NCBI GenBank assembly: GCA_003990765.1
Contig: RBNJ01000282.1
Location: forward strand, 1-34,223
From: Jimgerdemannia flammicorona
Lineage: Eukaryota
DNA length: 34,223 bases
Direction: 5' to 3'
The position numbers and the translations under genes were made by a program. The stretch's first letter is position 1. Every line of letters starts with the position of its first letter. Of the stretch, positions 20,465-33,149 are shown in pieces. The notes under the pieces are model-generated. The model made no database searches and was not told where the DNA came from. It saw nothing but the letters and a program-made list of their open reading frames with translations.

Positions 20465-22478
20465 TACTGGGTAGGGTGGCCCAAGCACTTTCGACTGGCA
20501 GTAGGTGGGGAGGGATCCAGGCCTGGGGGGGGGTATGAGGGGGCTGCTGGTAGGTGGATGTGGAAGGGGTGGAGGAGGTGGCAGAGGATCAGGATCTGGG
20601 AGGGCAAGCTTCACAGAGATGGTGAAGGAGAGACAGCAGGCATCAGGGCTGGAGGGCTGGCTGAGGAAGGGCAAGGAGACCGAGAAGGTGACAGTGCAGG
20701 GGGGAGTGGCCCTTGGAAGGAGGGGCAGTGGAGCTGGGGGAGTAGTGGCTGGGGGGAGTGTGACTGCTGATGGTGAGGGGACTGTTGATCTGGAAAAAAA
20801 TCCAGATGTGATGGCTGATAGCAAGGTGGAGCGGCTGAGGCTTAGAAGACAAGGGGACTTGGCGGATGGTGTACTAGGTCTGGCGGTGGCCCCGTTACTC
20901 AAAAAATCAATCTCAGCGTTTGCAGTCACACTGTGCTTCAGGGGCCTAGTGGTGATAGTGAAAATGGTGCTAGGGCTCATTACTAAGCAGGTGGCAGGAG
21001 CTGTGTCTATGAAGTTTTTGAAGAGACTGGAAGGAGTGGAGGTGGGTTTTGAGGAGATGGCACTACTGGAGGAGGCACTGAAGATTGGATTGATGGTTGG
21101 GGAGGTGTGTATTCCAATGGTGTGATATCTGAAGTGAGATCCCAGGGTGGTCCAACTGCTAGTGAAAGGAGTGCCGACAGTAATAGCAATGGAGATAAGA
21201 AAGAGAGTTGAGGATTTCATGGCAGAATATGGAGAGGTGGTGGATATTGGATTCAGGATCTGGGAAGGAACCTCGCTCAGGACTGGTGACATAGATGTGA
21301 GGATTTGGCTGGCTGGGAAAGAAGCCACTGGGAAGGCAAGAGACTGGCCTTCGGCGATGGTCTGGGGAGTGATCCTGTGTAAGGTGACAAGGTGAAGAGA
21401 AGTGAGGAGGAGGAGGAGGATTTATTGGAGGTGCTGGAAGAGCTGGGTGGTGCTGTAGAGAGGTGAGCGAAGGCTTGGGAGGTGTTTGTAGAGTCGATAC
21501 ACTTGGAGGTGGTGGATGGAAAGTGGATTCAAGTGACCAAGGAGCAGTGGGAAAGGGCTCAGGGGCATAAGAGACAGAAAGAGCTGCTGGCCAAGCTGGA
21601 TAAAGGACCACTGGGGGAGGCGAGTGAGGTGAAGGGTGCAGGGGGAGCCAAAGTGAGTGTCTGGGCCAGTGAGGGAGAGGGGAAGGACATGAAGGAGGTG
21701 GGGGAGGATACAGAGAAGGCTAGGAAGGACCCATTTGCTGATGGTATACTGGAGGTTTGGGAGGAGGACTGGGGGGGCTCCCCTACCCCTACCCCTCTCA
21801 TCAGGCATAGCCCAGCTTCCCAAAACAGGGTGGTAGAAGATGTGCCAATGTGAGGGGCCCAGAGGGTGCAATTCAGAGTTCTGGAGGTGGCATATGGGGG
21901 ACAGGTGGTAGCAGCTGGTGAGGAGGAACTAGTGGATGTCCCGGAGGTATAGGATGAGTCTGTGAGCACTGGAGCTAACACCACAATGTTGGATAGAGGG
22001 AGGCCAGTGACTCCAAGGGGGAAAGAGGTGGGGAACTTACTTTGGATGTACCGGATGATGAATAACCTAGCAGTGGAAGAGTTGGGAGAGGTGGACTTGC
22101 GAGTGATGAGTGATGACCATTGGGTAGGAATACTGCAGAGAGATGGAGTAATGAAGGCATTGAAGGCAGAAATTCTTGCAGTGTACCTGGAGGAGGAAGG
22201 GTATGAGATGGATAAGGAGAGGGAGGCAGAGATGGTGGTCATTGCTGGAGAGAGAGCTGAATACTGCTGGAACAAGTGTCATGAACTGCAGCTCTGGAAG
22301 GAGGCATGCATCGAATACTGAGAGGAGTTCAAGGAGAAGGCAGATAGAGAGATGAATGAACTACTGGCTGGATTGGAGGCTCAGAGAGCAGAAGAGGAGG
22401 AGATGGCTGCAGAACATAATCTGGACACAGCATAGGAGGAGATGAGCATAGAGCAGTAGAGACTGATTGATGACATAA
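20465..22478 (+). pseudogene. LINE D ORF1
   Basis: Mostly open + frames before ORF2. RRM-like segment VQLLVKGVP...FMAEYGEVVDIGFRIWEGTSLRTGDIDVRI. Acidic helical C-terminus. Boundaries are approximate. Confidence 0.7.
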
Positions 22479-22492
22479 CATATTTCATCATT

Positions 22493-25400
22493 ATGAACAG
22501 TACAACCAACATTTTCTCTTTAAATGTGAATGGGTTATAGGGCACTACTTGATGTAGGAACATTTTTACTTAGATGAAGGGATTGGAGGCTGATCTCTTC
22601 CTATTGCAGGATGTCTGGTGTGAAGATGACTCTGATAGGATGGAATAGACAAAGGAATAGGGAGGTGTGGCAATTTGGAAGGACAAGGTTGGGATTTTGA
22701 TTAGGAGAGGCAGAGGGGAGATACAGAATGTATGGAGCTAGGGGGAGAGACTGGTCTGGAGTGAGTGGATTCGGGCAGACTGGGAGCCAGTTATGGTTGG
22801 CTCCTACTACTGCCCTATGGTATGGAGAGAGTAGATTGGGTGAAAGGCTTACAGGAGAGTAGATTACTTGCAGAGGCTGGGGTGGATATGCTTGGGGGAG
22901 ATTTCAATATGGTTCAGGACATACTGTTGGATAGAACAGATAGAGGATGAGGTGCTGAGAGCAGAAGTGGAGGACTGGTGGTATGGGAGGAAGTAGAAAG
23001 ACTAAGTGTGCTAGTAGATGCTGGTAGGGAGTGCTGGGGGAATAGGAGGGTTTATACACATTGGGCAGGGGGTCTGGGGACTAGAATCGACTGGATTTTG
23101 ATGGCCAGCTGCTGGGGCCTAGATGTTTGGAAGTCACTGGAGGTGGAATGGTGTCCATGGTTGGATCACTGGGAGCTTTTGGGATAGGGGTGCTTTGGGG
23201 GAAGTGGGGAAGGGCCTAGACATTGGTGCCTCAATTCCTCTTTGTTAGATGACAAGACTCAGTGGGATGAGTGGGCTAAGGACATTCAGCTGAAGGTGGA
23301 GAACTGGTGGCAGGAAGGGGCCTCAGTTGGGACTTGGTGGATGAGGATAAAGGAGATGGCCAAGATGTACTAGAGTGAGGCTAGCAAGGAGACAGGGAAG
23401 CAGTGAAAGTGAAGAGTGTATTGGGCCTCTACTAGATTGATGAGGCTTCTGAAGGAGTGAGCGAGGCTGATGATGTTGGCAGGAGAAGAAGATTGGAGAT
23501 TAATGAGGGCGAAAATAGAGGTTAGAGAACTTCAACAGGTGCTGCAGGAGGAGGAAGAGGCAAGGGTACAGAGCTTGGCAGCAAGGCTTTGCTAGCAGGA
23601 TCTGGAGGAAGGGGAGAGGCCTTCCAAGCTTCTTATAAGGGCCCTTAGGGCGAGGCAGGTACAGCAATGGTGGGAAGGGGTGTTGGACTCAGATGGTGTA
23701 CTGGTGCATGGTGTACAGGACATTCTTGGATCGCTGAAGGAGAGATGGAGTGGATTGTGGAGTGAGGAGGAGGGTGGGGCAGATGCCACTACAATTGAAC
23801 GAATATTGGAGGATTGGTACCCACTACAAGTCGAAGGGCTAGGGGACCTGGTGATGCCGGTACAGGAGGATGAGATCCACCAGGTTCTTGCCACAACAAC
23901 ACCAGATATGGCACCTGGGGAGGATGGTCTGCCCTGGGACTTCTGGAAGCAAATGGTTGGAGTCCCAGGGGTGATGGGAGAGATGATAGCATTGTGCGAC
24001 CTTATTCTACAGACAGGAAGGTGGGTGGGGGAGCAAGACCTTGGGCTGGTGACACTGCTTTACAAAAACAAAGGAAGGCGGAAGGATTGGAAGAACTGGT
24101 GGCCAATAATGTTGCTAGATATGGACAGAAAGTTGGTGACTAAGGTAGTGGTGGCAAGACTCCAGAAGGTGACCCAGCAAGTCATGGATATTGAGCAGAG
24201 GGAATTTGTGGGTGGTTGGCTCATCAGGGATAGCACTGCCTGGGTACATGGTATTATCAAAGGGGCAAGGGCCTGTGGACTGGATGGGCATCTAGTCTTC
24301 TTGGACCAGGAGAAGGTATACAACTGGGTATAAAGAGTCTGGCTGGTGAAAGTTTTGGATAGAATGGGGGTTCCACATCAATTCCAGTCAGCAATGGTCA
24401 GCCTGCTAGAAGGGAGTAGGGCTGCACTCATGTATAATGGACATAGAGGGGTAGTGTTCTCCTTGGGTAGGGGGGTGCCCCAGAGGGACCCATTGTCTCC
24501 CATTTTGTATGCTCTTTCCCTGGAACCCCTTATGGATAGAATTAGGTAGAGAATAGTGGGGCTCTCTATCTTTGGCATAGGATGGAAAGTTGGGGCCTTT
24601 GCTGATGACATGGTGGTGGGTTTGGGTTCAATTGCTAATATTGAAGAGCTCAAGAAGACAGTGGAGTGGTATGAGGAGTACTCTGGAGCTAAGCTGAATT
24701 GGCATAAGTGTGAAACAATGGTGCTAGGCAATGGCCTGGTGGGAGGGGAAGTTATAGGAACAATCATCCCCACTGGTGAAGCAGTGTGGTACTTAGGTAT
24801 CTACTTGTCAGTCTATGGGTTAGTTCTGCCCAGGCTTTGGTGGAAGCAGAGGATTGGAATCTGGAAGAAGGCCCTGCAGAGTTGGGGGGGAAGATAATTT
24901 TCTCTGATAGGGTGGGTCTCAGTTTTGAATGTCTACTGGCTGCCAAAGTTGTGATACCTGACATATCATCTGGACTTTCCAGTCTGGGTGGTGAAGAGAT
25001 TGATGAAGTTGATGAAGGGATAGATTTGGACTGGCAGGCGGAGTCAGATTGGTTGGGAGACCTTGTCCCTACCAGTGGCAAGAGGTGGTCTTGGGCTGGT
25101 TGACTTTCCAAAATGGTTACACTGCTTGAGAGCATGGTGGCTGAAGAGGGCAGTGGAGTTGAGAGGAGGTGGATGGGTTCCTCTGCTATAGAAGATCTGG
25201 GAGAGGCAGTCATTGCCAAGGGGCTCAACTGGTGATCTCCTCTCCTTGGTTGGACTTCAGAATACTAGACAACTACAATATAAAGGATTTTGGTGGGGAA
25301 TTGCAGAAGGGGTGCACCACATTGGTATTCTTTAGCAGAGGAATGAAGGAGAGGAGGCTTGGGACCCAGTAATGTAGAGATGGGATCATATACTGCTGGG

Positions 25401-26145
25401 TGGCACTCCTTTAATTGAGTTCGACATTGGTGATAGAATGGAATACCAAAGGGGACCAGGCCAGGATCTGTGGCCTAGCGGTTGGCAAGGAGTTGGAATT
25501 GACAAAGAGTGGAACTAGCATGGTGTTTGGATCTGGAGTGCTGCAGTGAGAATGTGGTTGCCACCAAAGTACTGGGTGGTCAGGTAGCACATGCTGCAGA
25601 GGAATGTTATGCTCAACTTTCACTTGGGGCACCTTGTCATTGGGGATTGCTTCAACTGTGAGGAGTGCCATAATATAGGGCAGGAGGGGGGTTATGTACA
25701 GATGCCTGAACATTGGCTAAGAGAGTGTGAGGTGTTGGGGGTTTTTTGGCAGACAATTGGGGATCACTTGGGGGTATGGTATAGGGGTGATAGAGTATGG
25801 GGAAGGTGGGAGGACTTGAGGGATAGATTGGTAGGGGGGATAGAGAAGGAGTGGCTTACTTTGGGTTAGGCTTTAGCTATTTGAGTGGGGCTGGCCAGTT
25901 ATTGGCTATTTGTTTTTGAGGACGAGAGGAGACAGGGCTTGGGGGACTGGTTGCTGTGGTGGCATAGGCTTATGGAAGACACCTTAACAGGCTGGTGGCT
26001 GGGTTGGGGGATACAGGGTGGTCAGAGATGCCGTTTAGTGGAGAAAATCTGTGGGCAAAGTGGAGGGAGAGTTGGGGTAGTTGGTGAAAGGGTGATTTTT
26101 ATTTATAAGGAGGTGGGGAGGGGCCCCCCTATAGGGATTAGATAG
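22493..26145 (+). pseudogene. LINE D ORF2: APE endonuclease, RT and C-terminal Cys/His motif
   Basis: APE motifs SLNVNGL, LLQD, GGDFN, TRIDWIL, LDH. RT motifs APGEDGLP, KNWWPIMLLDMDRKL, FLDQEKVYN, GVPQRDPLSPILY, AFADD, YLGI. C-terminal C..C...EHWLREC. Confidence 0.93.
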
Positions 26146-26204
26146 TGGGTAGGGATGATGTATATTTATGCATAGACTGGTAATAAAGGCAGAGTCCAAG
26201 TGAC

Positions 26205-26254
<50 letters not shown>

Positions 26255-26269
26255 CTTGATGGTCTTCTC

Positions 26270-29200
26270 AGTTCCAAGGTGACCAGCTAGTGGGGAGTCA
26301 TAATGTTCATGAAGAATCTTGTACTGTAGTTCAGGGTTGGCAGGAATATATACTTTATCTTGATAGTGTATAAGGTTGTCCTTGATGGTATACTTTTTCT
26401 TGAATTCCTTAGTGTTCCTTTATAGAACCAGAGAGTCTTGTTCATACACCTTCTTGATCTGGTTGAGGAATTCAGATACTACAGTGACTTGTAAAATTGT
26501 AGCAAGGTCAGGTCTTCTTGAAAGTGTATCTGATATAACTAGAGTTTTGCCAGGCTTGTAGATGATGTTTGGAGTAAAGGTCTGAAGTAGTTGACTCTAC
26601 TTGGCTTGTTGGCAAGAGAGAGTTGGTTGAGTGTTGATGTACTAAAGGGATCTGTGATCAGTGATCATATCAAACTCAACTTCTTCTAGATAGTATTGCC
26701 AGGTCTTAAGGGCATACATGATTGCCAGGAGTTCCTTTTCGTGAGTAGCCAGCTTTTGTTCCACTGGGGATAATTTTCTTGACTCAAAAGCAATAGATCA
26801 GTATCCTTGACCATCATCTTGAGAAATGACTGCACCAATGACAAAGTTAGATACATCTGTAGTGACCGTAAACTTCAAGTTTGGATCCATGTTTCTAAAA
26901 ACAGGTGTATGGGTCAGACAGTTCTTGAGTTCTTGAAAAGCTTGTTGACAGAAAGTATCCCAGATGTAGAAGACATAGAGGTCAGAGTTGGGTTCTTTTT
27001 GCAAGAGGTTTGTCAAAGATTCTGTGATGCCAGAGAAGTTCTTGACAAATTGACGATAGTATCTAGCCAGACCAAGGAAGGACCTGAGTTCAGTGAGGTT
27101 TGCTGGTACAGGCCACTGTTCAATGGCTTGTATTTTCCTTGGGTCTACTTGAATTCCTTTGGCTGATATAATGTGTCTAAGATATTTGACTTAATCCTTG
27201 AAAAATTCACATTTCTTGAGCTTTGTATAGAGCTTATTCTCATGGAGAATCTTGAGGACTTGTTCAATGTGCTTGAGATATTCTTCTTCAATGCTACTGA
27301 AGATCAGAATGTCATCAATATATACAAGTACAAAGATATAGAGCTGGTCCTTGAAGACAGTTTGTATGAGATCTTGAAAGGTTGCTGGCACATTAGTGAG
27401 ACCAAAGGCCATAACTAGAAATTCGTAGAGTCCAAAGGGTGTCATGAAGACAGTCTTGGGTATGTCTTCTGGCTTGATTCGAATTTGGTGATACCCAGAG
27501 GTGAGATCAATCTTGGTGAAGTACTTTGCATTCTTGAGAGCATCAAAGATTTGATCTATGAGTGGTAGCGGATAATGATTCTTGACTGTGATCTTGTTGA
27601 GTGCTCAGTAGTCTATGCACATTTACAGAGTATCATCCTTTTTCTTGACAAATAGGACTGGGGAGCCAAAGGGTGACTTGCTTGGCTGAATGGCTCCTTG
27701 CTCAATGAGTTCATTGAGTTTCTTTTTGACTGCTTCAATTTTGAGTAGAGATATGTGGTACATTTTCTTCTTAGGTATAGCTGCATCAGATACCAACTTG
27801 ATTTCGTGGTCATGGTCTCTTGAAGGTGGTAGACCAGGTAGTTTGTCCAGGAAGACATTCTTGTACTTGTTCAGTAGTAACTTGACACTTTCACTAATTG
27901 ATAGCTTCTTGTCTTCTTTCTTTGGTCAGATCAGTGCCACAAAGGTACAGATAGCTTTCTTGAGAGCCTTCTTGAACTGAATTGCTGAAAGGGTAGCAAT
28001 TGGGGTTTTTGTCTGAGTCTTGTCCAGCTTGATAGTAATATTGGCTCCATCCTGAATCAAGGTGATTTTATTCTTGGTCCAATCAATCTGAGGGTTGTGC
28101 CATATAAGTCAGAGTTTACCTAGGATCAGGTTATGGTCTCCTAGTGGTACTACCTTGAAATCTAAATGTTCCCAGTACTTCTGGATCTTGAGGGAAAGTT
28201 TAGTGGCAATTGAGTCAATTGGTAAGGTGGTGCCATCTGCAGTGACAACTCTACCATTCTTGCTGACTGGTTTGGTGAGAATCTTAAGCTTATTGATGAG
28301 GTTCTTGTTGATGAAGTTCCCAACAGCTCCACTGTCTATGAGAATATCTAGTTCTTGTCCCTTGACTAGACCTTTGAAAATGAGCATTAAATTGGCTCAG
28401 TTCTTAGCTATGCTTACAACTTTGTCAGTACTGCCAAAGCCTTTCTGATCTCACTTGGTTGAAGACAACTTAGTGACTTCTTTGATGACTGGTAGGGTGG
28501 CTTGCTCTAGAATGAGCTGTGCAATTCTGTCACCTTCACTGACAGTATATGGTTGGTTCTTGTGGTTGACTAGCAGGACTTACATTTCACCTCAGAAGTC
28601 AGGATCAATAACTCCAGCACCAATATCTAATAAGTGCTTGAGACTGAGGCCAGATCTTGGTACAATTCTTGCATAATGTTCCTTGGGGATTTCGACTGAA
28701 AGGCCAGTTGGAATGAGCCTTCTCTCATGTGCTAGAATAGTAACTTGTTGTACTGCTTAAAGGTCCAAACCAATGGCTCCTTCTGACTGTACTTGAGAGA
28801 TCTGGGCCTTGGGGTTGACTCACATGAAATTGAGTACAACTTCTTGTTCAACTGGTTGACCTTGAGTATCTTTGGACAGGACCAGGATTCTCTTTGGTTT
28901 AGCAGTTTTCTTGGGACATTTGGTTGCAATATGACCAGGCTGATGGCAAAAGAAGCAGACTCCAGCCTTCTTGAGGTGCTCCTTTTCCTCAGGTATAAGC
29001 TTACCTTTCTTACTCTTGTCAATGGTGTCTAGGTCCATGGGGGCAGGTCCAACAGTTCTGACTTTGGGTTTCTCTCTTCTGTAGTTATTGTTGTTGAAAG
29101 GCAGTCTCTTCTGTTTAAAGCAGTGACTATAGGTGATGACATCAAACCTATTAGCAATTTTCATTGCTGTATCTAGGTTCTTGGGTTCTTCTAGTTCAAC

Positions 29201-29790
29201 ATGAACTCAAGTTTGACCTTTCAGGCCTCAGATGTACTTGTTGACCTTCTCATCTTCAGTAACATGTAGTAATTCAAGCAGAATTGACAGAAATTGTGCA
29301 TTGTATGCTTACACAGACTTGAGTTGTTTGACATTTGCCAGATGGTCTCACATGGCCTTAGTGCTATTGACTGGTTTGAATTGGTCTTGAATAGCATCAG
29401 CAAATTTGCCCCAGGTCTTGATTCGGCCAGAGAATCTGGTATTCTGGACATGATTTCACTACCAAATTGCAGTATTCTCTTGGAGAAGTGTGGTGGCAAA
29501 TTGGACTAGTGTTGCTTCTTCCAAATTGGTCAGTTCTCTATATTGCTCTAATTGGAAAAGCCAGGCATCAGTAGACAGTCCTCCTCTTTGACCATCAAAG
29601 GTGTCAGGCTTCTGAGGCTTGATAGTAACTGCTGTCAGATATATTGATATCAGTGGGGGTGCAGAGGTATGAGTGGAGGCCTTGCTTTTCTTTCTTTCTA
29701 TGCATTCTTGAAGTTGGGCAATCTGAGCTAGTACAGTCTGCAAAAGACTCTCAATGGTCCCATTTGACTGAGTAGGGTTTTGCTATTCCT
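26270..29790 (-). pseudogene. Element C gag-dUTPase-PR-RT-RNase H-integrase N-terminus
   Basis: Gag KPDTFDG and PAPMDLD, knuckle CFFCHQPGHIATKC, dUTPase, protease ILIDSGA, RT TPFGLYEFLVMAFGLTN and VYIDD, RNase [14 protein letters not shown]. Confidence 0.93.
28425..28835 (-). pseudogene. dUTPase domain of element C, between gag knuckle and protease
   Basis: [46 protein letters not shown]: all five trimeric dUTPase motifs, in frame with gag. Confidence 0.92.
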
Positions 29791-29919
29791 CTTCTTCTTA
29801 CTAATAGTAAGAGGCATTGCCTGGACCATAGATACTGTATGAAGGATTCCACCCATTGTCCTCCATAGTGTTGTGACTGATATCTTGAGAGGTATCTTGA
29901 TAAGACTAGGTGTAACTTA

Positions 29920-29934
29920 ACTGCTGCTACCAAG
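29920..29934 (-). promoter_or_regulatory. Primer-binding site of element C, probably initiator tRNA-Met
   Basis: Minus strand TGGTAGCAGCAG, 3 nt after the 5' LTR. TGGTAGC is the complement of the 3' end of many eukaryotic tRNA-iMet. Confidence 0.65.
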
Positions 29935-30338
29935 TATAATGGTTCTGGTTTCTAAATAAGGAAGTGACTAGTTTTGGTAGTCTTAAGTAGCTCAAAGAGA
30001 TACTAAGGATTCAAGTATTCTTAAAAGATTTCTGAGAGAAAATATTCTGAGATTTTATTCATGAGAACAAAGGAGATATTTATACAAGATCTGAAAGAAG
30101 GATCTGGAAGGATCTGAGAAATCAAAGGAAAATGCCAAGAGGAAAGTTCTTGGCAAAGATGACAAATGATGATAAATAAAGTTCTTCAAGTTTCCAGAAC
30201 AATCAGTGACTAGCTAAATAAGTACTAGGGAATGCTCAGCACTAAGAAGGGGATTTCTAAGCATTCAGAAAGTACTAGAAGGTCATAGAATATTAAAGAA
30301 AGATAAAGAAAAAAAATAAACTATACCAAAATGTTACA
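29935..30338 (-). repeat. 5' LTR of element C
   Basis: Collinear with 18407-18810. Left end is mutated from TGTAAC to TATAAT. Confidence 0.94.
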
Positions 30339-30494
30339 AGTATATCCATAGAATATAGGGGGATGTATTTCTATCTTGTTTTGAATTATTATAGGAGTGA
30401 CTCTTGTAGTCAGGGTAGTTATTGTGGGGGTTGTTCATTTTTCAGCTTAAAAGTGAGGGATTCATCTTGAATCACCAGCCAATGGGTACCAAGT

Positions 30495-32452
30495 TGTCAT
30501 ATAGTAGTCACTGAGTCCTTCAAATATGCTAGATTCTCTTCAAGGTATATCTCTTAGACTAACTCAAGTTTGTTATAAGCAAGTTCTTATTGAAGTATCT
30601 TCCCAAGGTCTTATAGTCCTCAAACTTCTTATCTTTAAACTATCTTGTTATCTCTTAGATTGCTTGTAAGAAAGTGTGTGTATTGTATTGAGAGGAACTG
30701 ACTTTATTTCAGAGGAAATAAGAGGGGTATTTATATAAAATATAATTCAATAGTTGCTAAGATATAAAGCTAAATATAAATTCCAATAACTAAAACTACT
30801 AAGTTCTATGATTGGCACTGATGGTTGTACAGATTCAGGATATTAGTATAATTCAGTATTACATCAGAATGCCAGTGCTGGAACAATTTTGTGTCACCTC
30901 AGAATGCCAGTGCTAGCATTATCCAGTGTTATATCAAAATTAGTGCTCCCAACGAATCGAATTGAATCGAATTTGGCCCAAACTTGATTTGATTTGATTG
31001 AATCAAGGATCCAATTCAATTCGATTTGAATCAAATCAAAGGTCCAATTTGATTCGAAGTTTGATTTGAACCTTAATTTTCAAAATATAATAACTTGACG
31101 AAACCTCATCCAAATTTAACATATTTTAGCTTGTTAGATTCACCATATTAATGTGATTCTAACATGCTAAAGTATGTTAGATTTGGATGAGTTTATGCTG
31201 AGTTATTGCATTTTGAAAATTAGGGTTCAAATCAGACCCTCAATTCGATTCGACTTTTGATTCGATTCGAATTGATTTGAATTGAAAAATCCCCAATTTG
31301 ATTCGACTCATTTAACCCTCAATTCGATTTGATTCGAATTGATTTGACTCATTTGGGAGCACTAATCAAAATACTGGTACTAGTATTATTCAGTGTAACA
31401 AAGAACTTAGAGCAGAAAGTTCAGGACCATGGGGGCTTCATCCTTATCATCAGAGGTCAGGATGTCTTCAAAGGAGATGAGGTCTGCAAATTTGTCATTT
31501 TCATATGCTTCGATGTCATGTGGGATGATGTCATCACCGATGACGTTATCATGTTTGGCAGGGAAATTGGGAGCTCTCCAATCTATGAGGTTTTCTTCCA
31601 CAAAATAAGAAACAAATGTGGGGTCTTGGAGAGGTCTAATCTAGATGCTTGGGCCTTAGAATACTAAGATCAATCCTTGCAGGAATTAGTCTGGGTTATT
31701 CTGAAGGATGAGATGCCAGAAGTCTTCTACTTTATCACTATTGAGAGTGATAGTGGACTAAGCTTCTGTGGCTACTCTGGCTTCTAGTACATTGATACAG
31801 TGGGATGACAGGTCTCTGAAATCTGAGACTTTAATATACTCCAAGTTGGGGATTGACCATGGTACATGCCTGAAGATCTGATGGATCTTCTTAGCTGTCC
31901 TTGTTTCACATATATCTATAGGAGTGGTATCTTGTAGCTCTTGAGTGCTGGCCTGTGGGAACTTCCAGCAGAGGAGGTTTCCTATTTTGTACTCCTGCTA
32001 CATTTGGAGACATTTAGTGGTAATAGTGATCCTTGTTTCCATTTCATAGTAGTAGAGAATAAAGTGATAAGGGTTTGTAGTACTCAGGTTGACACTGGGA
32101 GTTCTTCTTGAGTGGGTCCTCATGGCTCTTCTGATGTCTTGGAACATCCTTTCCTCAACTGAGATGCCTTGGTAATTCCTTGACCTTGAGATTTGGCAGG
32201 CAGTAGGTATTTTATTTGTGGTAAGTCTTTGAGCTATTTTGGGATTAGTGGTTCTTGTTGGTTGCTACTACTGCAGTTCCTTGATCCTTCTTTTATATTC
32301 TTCAGGATATTTGTATTGTAGTCACAATGACTCACAGTTGGTCATCATTGCTCATCTCATATGCCGTATGATCTTCTTGTACTCCAATCTAGTGGCTTGC
32401 AAGGAAAGACTATCTCCTATGCTGATGTCATCATTCTAGGGTCACTGTTACA
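30495..32452 (-). repeat. 5' LTR of element B, containing MITE H and a second ORF3 copy (~31407-32290)
   Basis: TGTCA...TGTTACA ends. Collinear with 10138-11661. Confidence 0.94.
30941..31364. mobile_element. Element H: 424-bp palindromic hAT-like MITE
   Basis: TIR TAGTGCTCCCAA / TTGGGAGCACTA. 8-bp TSD ATCAAAAT at 30933-30940 and 31365-31372. The empty site is present in the other LTR (~10576). Subterminal ATTCG/AATCG pentamer arrays. Confidence 0.95.
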
Positions 32453-32456
32453 ATAG

Positions 32457-33140
32457 TCAATTGCTAATTTCTTTTATAAAGAAATCATCTGCTAATTCAA
32501 GACCTCAGTACAAGTAACTACAGATAGAGGAACAGAATTCATGAGCCAGTTCTTTAAGGTTCTCTATAAGAAGTACAAGATCTAAATTTGGACTACAGTA
32601 TACTATCTTCAAGAAAATAGACAAGTAGAAAGAACCAATAAGACTCTCAAGAATATCATCACCAAGATCTACAATAATTATAAAAATTGAGATCACTATC
32701 TGCCAATAGTATTATCTACTCTCTGGAATATCTGATCACAAAGTACCCATTTTATTTCTTGAGAAATACTGTTTAGAGAAGAAAGTTTTCAAGAAACTCT
32801 ATTGTTCAATAGAGATACTATATGGGAATGTATAGATATAAAGATATGAAGACTATACTAAATCAGGAAAAAGGCTGATGATTATATAACTAAGATACAG
32901 ACACTACAATAGAATAATGTAGAAAAGATTTACAAGTCTCTGGAGAATATTAAAATAGAAGATAAAGTTCTGATATATTAGAATATAGTAGAAGCTTTAT
33001 GATCATGAAAACTGAAGTTCAAGTGAGAAAGACCTTACCTGGTATAAGATATAAAAGGAACTACCTTTTGACTACAAAAACTCTCAGGTACAATTATCTT
33101 TACTACTATTTACCAAAATCAACTCAAGAAGTATTATAGC
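32457..33140 (+). pseudogene. Element A integrase, segment 3 (catalytic core and C-terminus)
   Basis: TDRGTEF, VERTNKTLKNII, KLKFK*ERPY...DIKGTTF. Collinear with B's integrase. Confidence 0.88.
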
Positions 33141-33149
33141 TAACTAATA

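Larger units (their letters stand above)
20360..26249 (+). mobile_element. Element D: apparently full-length L1/Tx1-like LINE inserted in C's integrase
   Basis: ~20-bp TSD ATATTCTTGAT(A/G)GTC(A/T)TCTC at 20340-20359 and 26250-26269. AATAAA at 26182 and A35 tail at 26208-26242. Removal restores GHLGTEKTIKNIQ*DYYWP. Confidence 0.93.
18407..30338 (-). mobile_element. Element C: chromodomain-bearing Ty3/Gypsy element (chromovirus-like) inserted in B's gag
   Basis: 404-bp LTRs 18407-18810 and 29935-30338. 5-bp TSD AGTAT at 18402-18406 and 30339-30343. Minus-strand PPT AAGGAGAGGGAGA next to 18810. Confidence 0.95.
10138..32452 (-). mobile_element. Element B: Ty3/Gypsy LTR retrotransposon related to A, with ~1.5-kb LTRs
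   Basis: LTRs 10138-11661 and 30495-32452. TSD ATAG at 10134-10137 and 32453-32456. Minus-strand PBS ACTTGGTACCCATTGG at 30494 and PPT TTCAGGAGGAAGA next to 11661, both resembling A's. Confidence 0.95.

Noticed and set aside
20408..22275. Long minus-strand ORFs (306 aa, 238 aa)
   Set aside because: Antisense shadows of the G-rich LINE ORF1, with Ser/Pro low complexity.
26208..26252. A35 and (TA)n as an independent microsatellite
   Set aside because: Explained as the LINE D tail adjacent to its TSD.
30950..31350. ATTCG/AATCG arrays as a CRISPR or satellite
   Set aside because: No repeat-spacer periodicity. They are subterminal repeats within a TIR- and TSD-bounded MITE.
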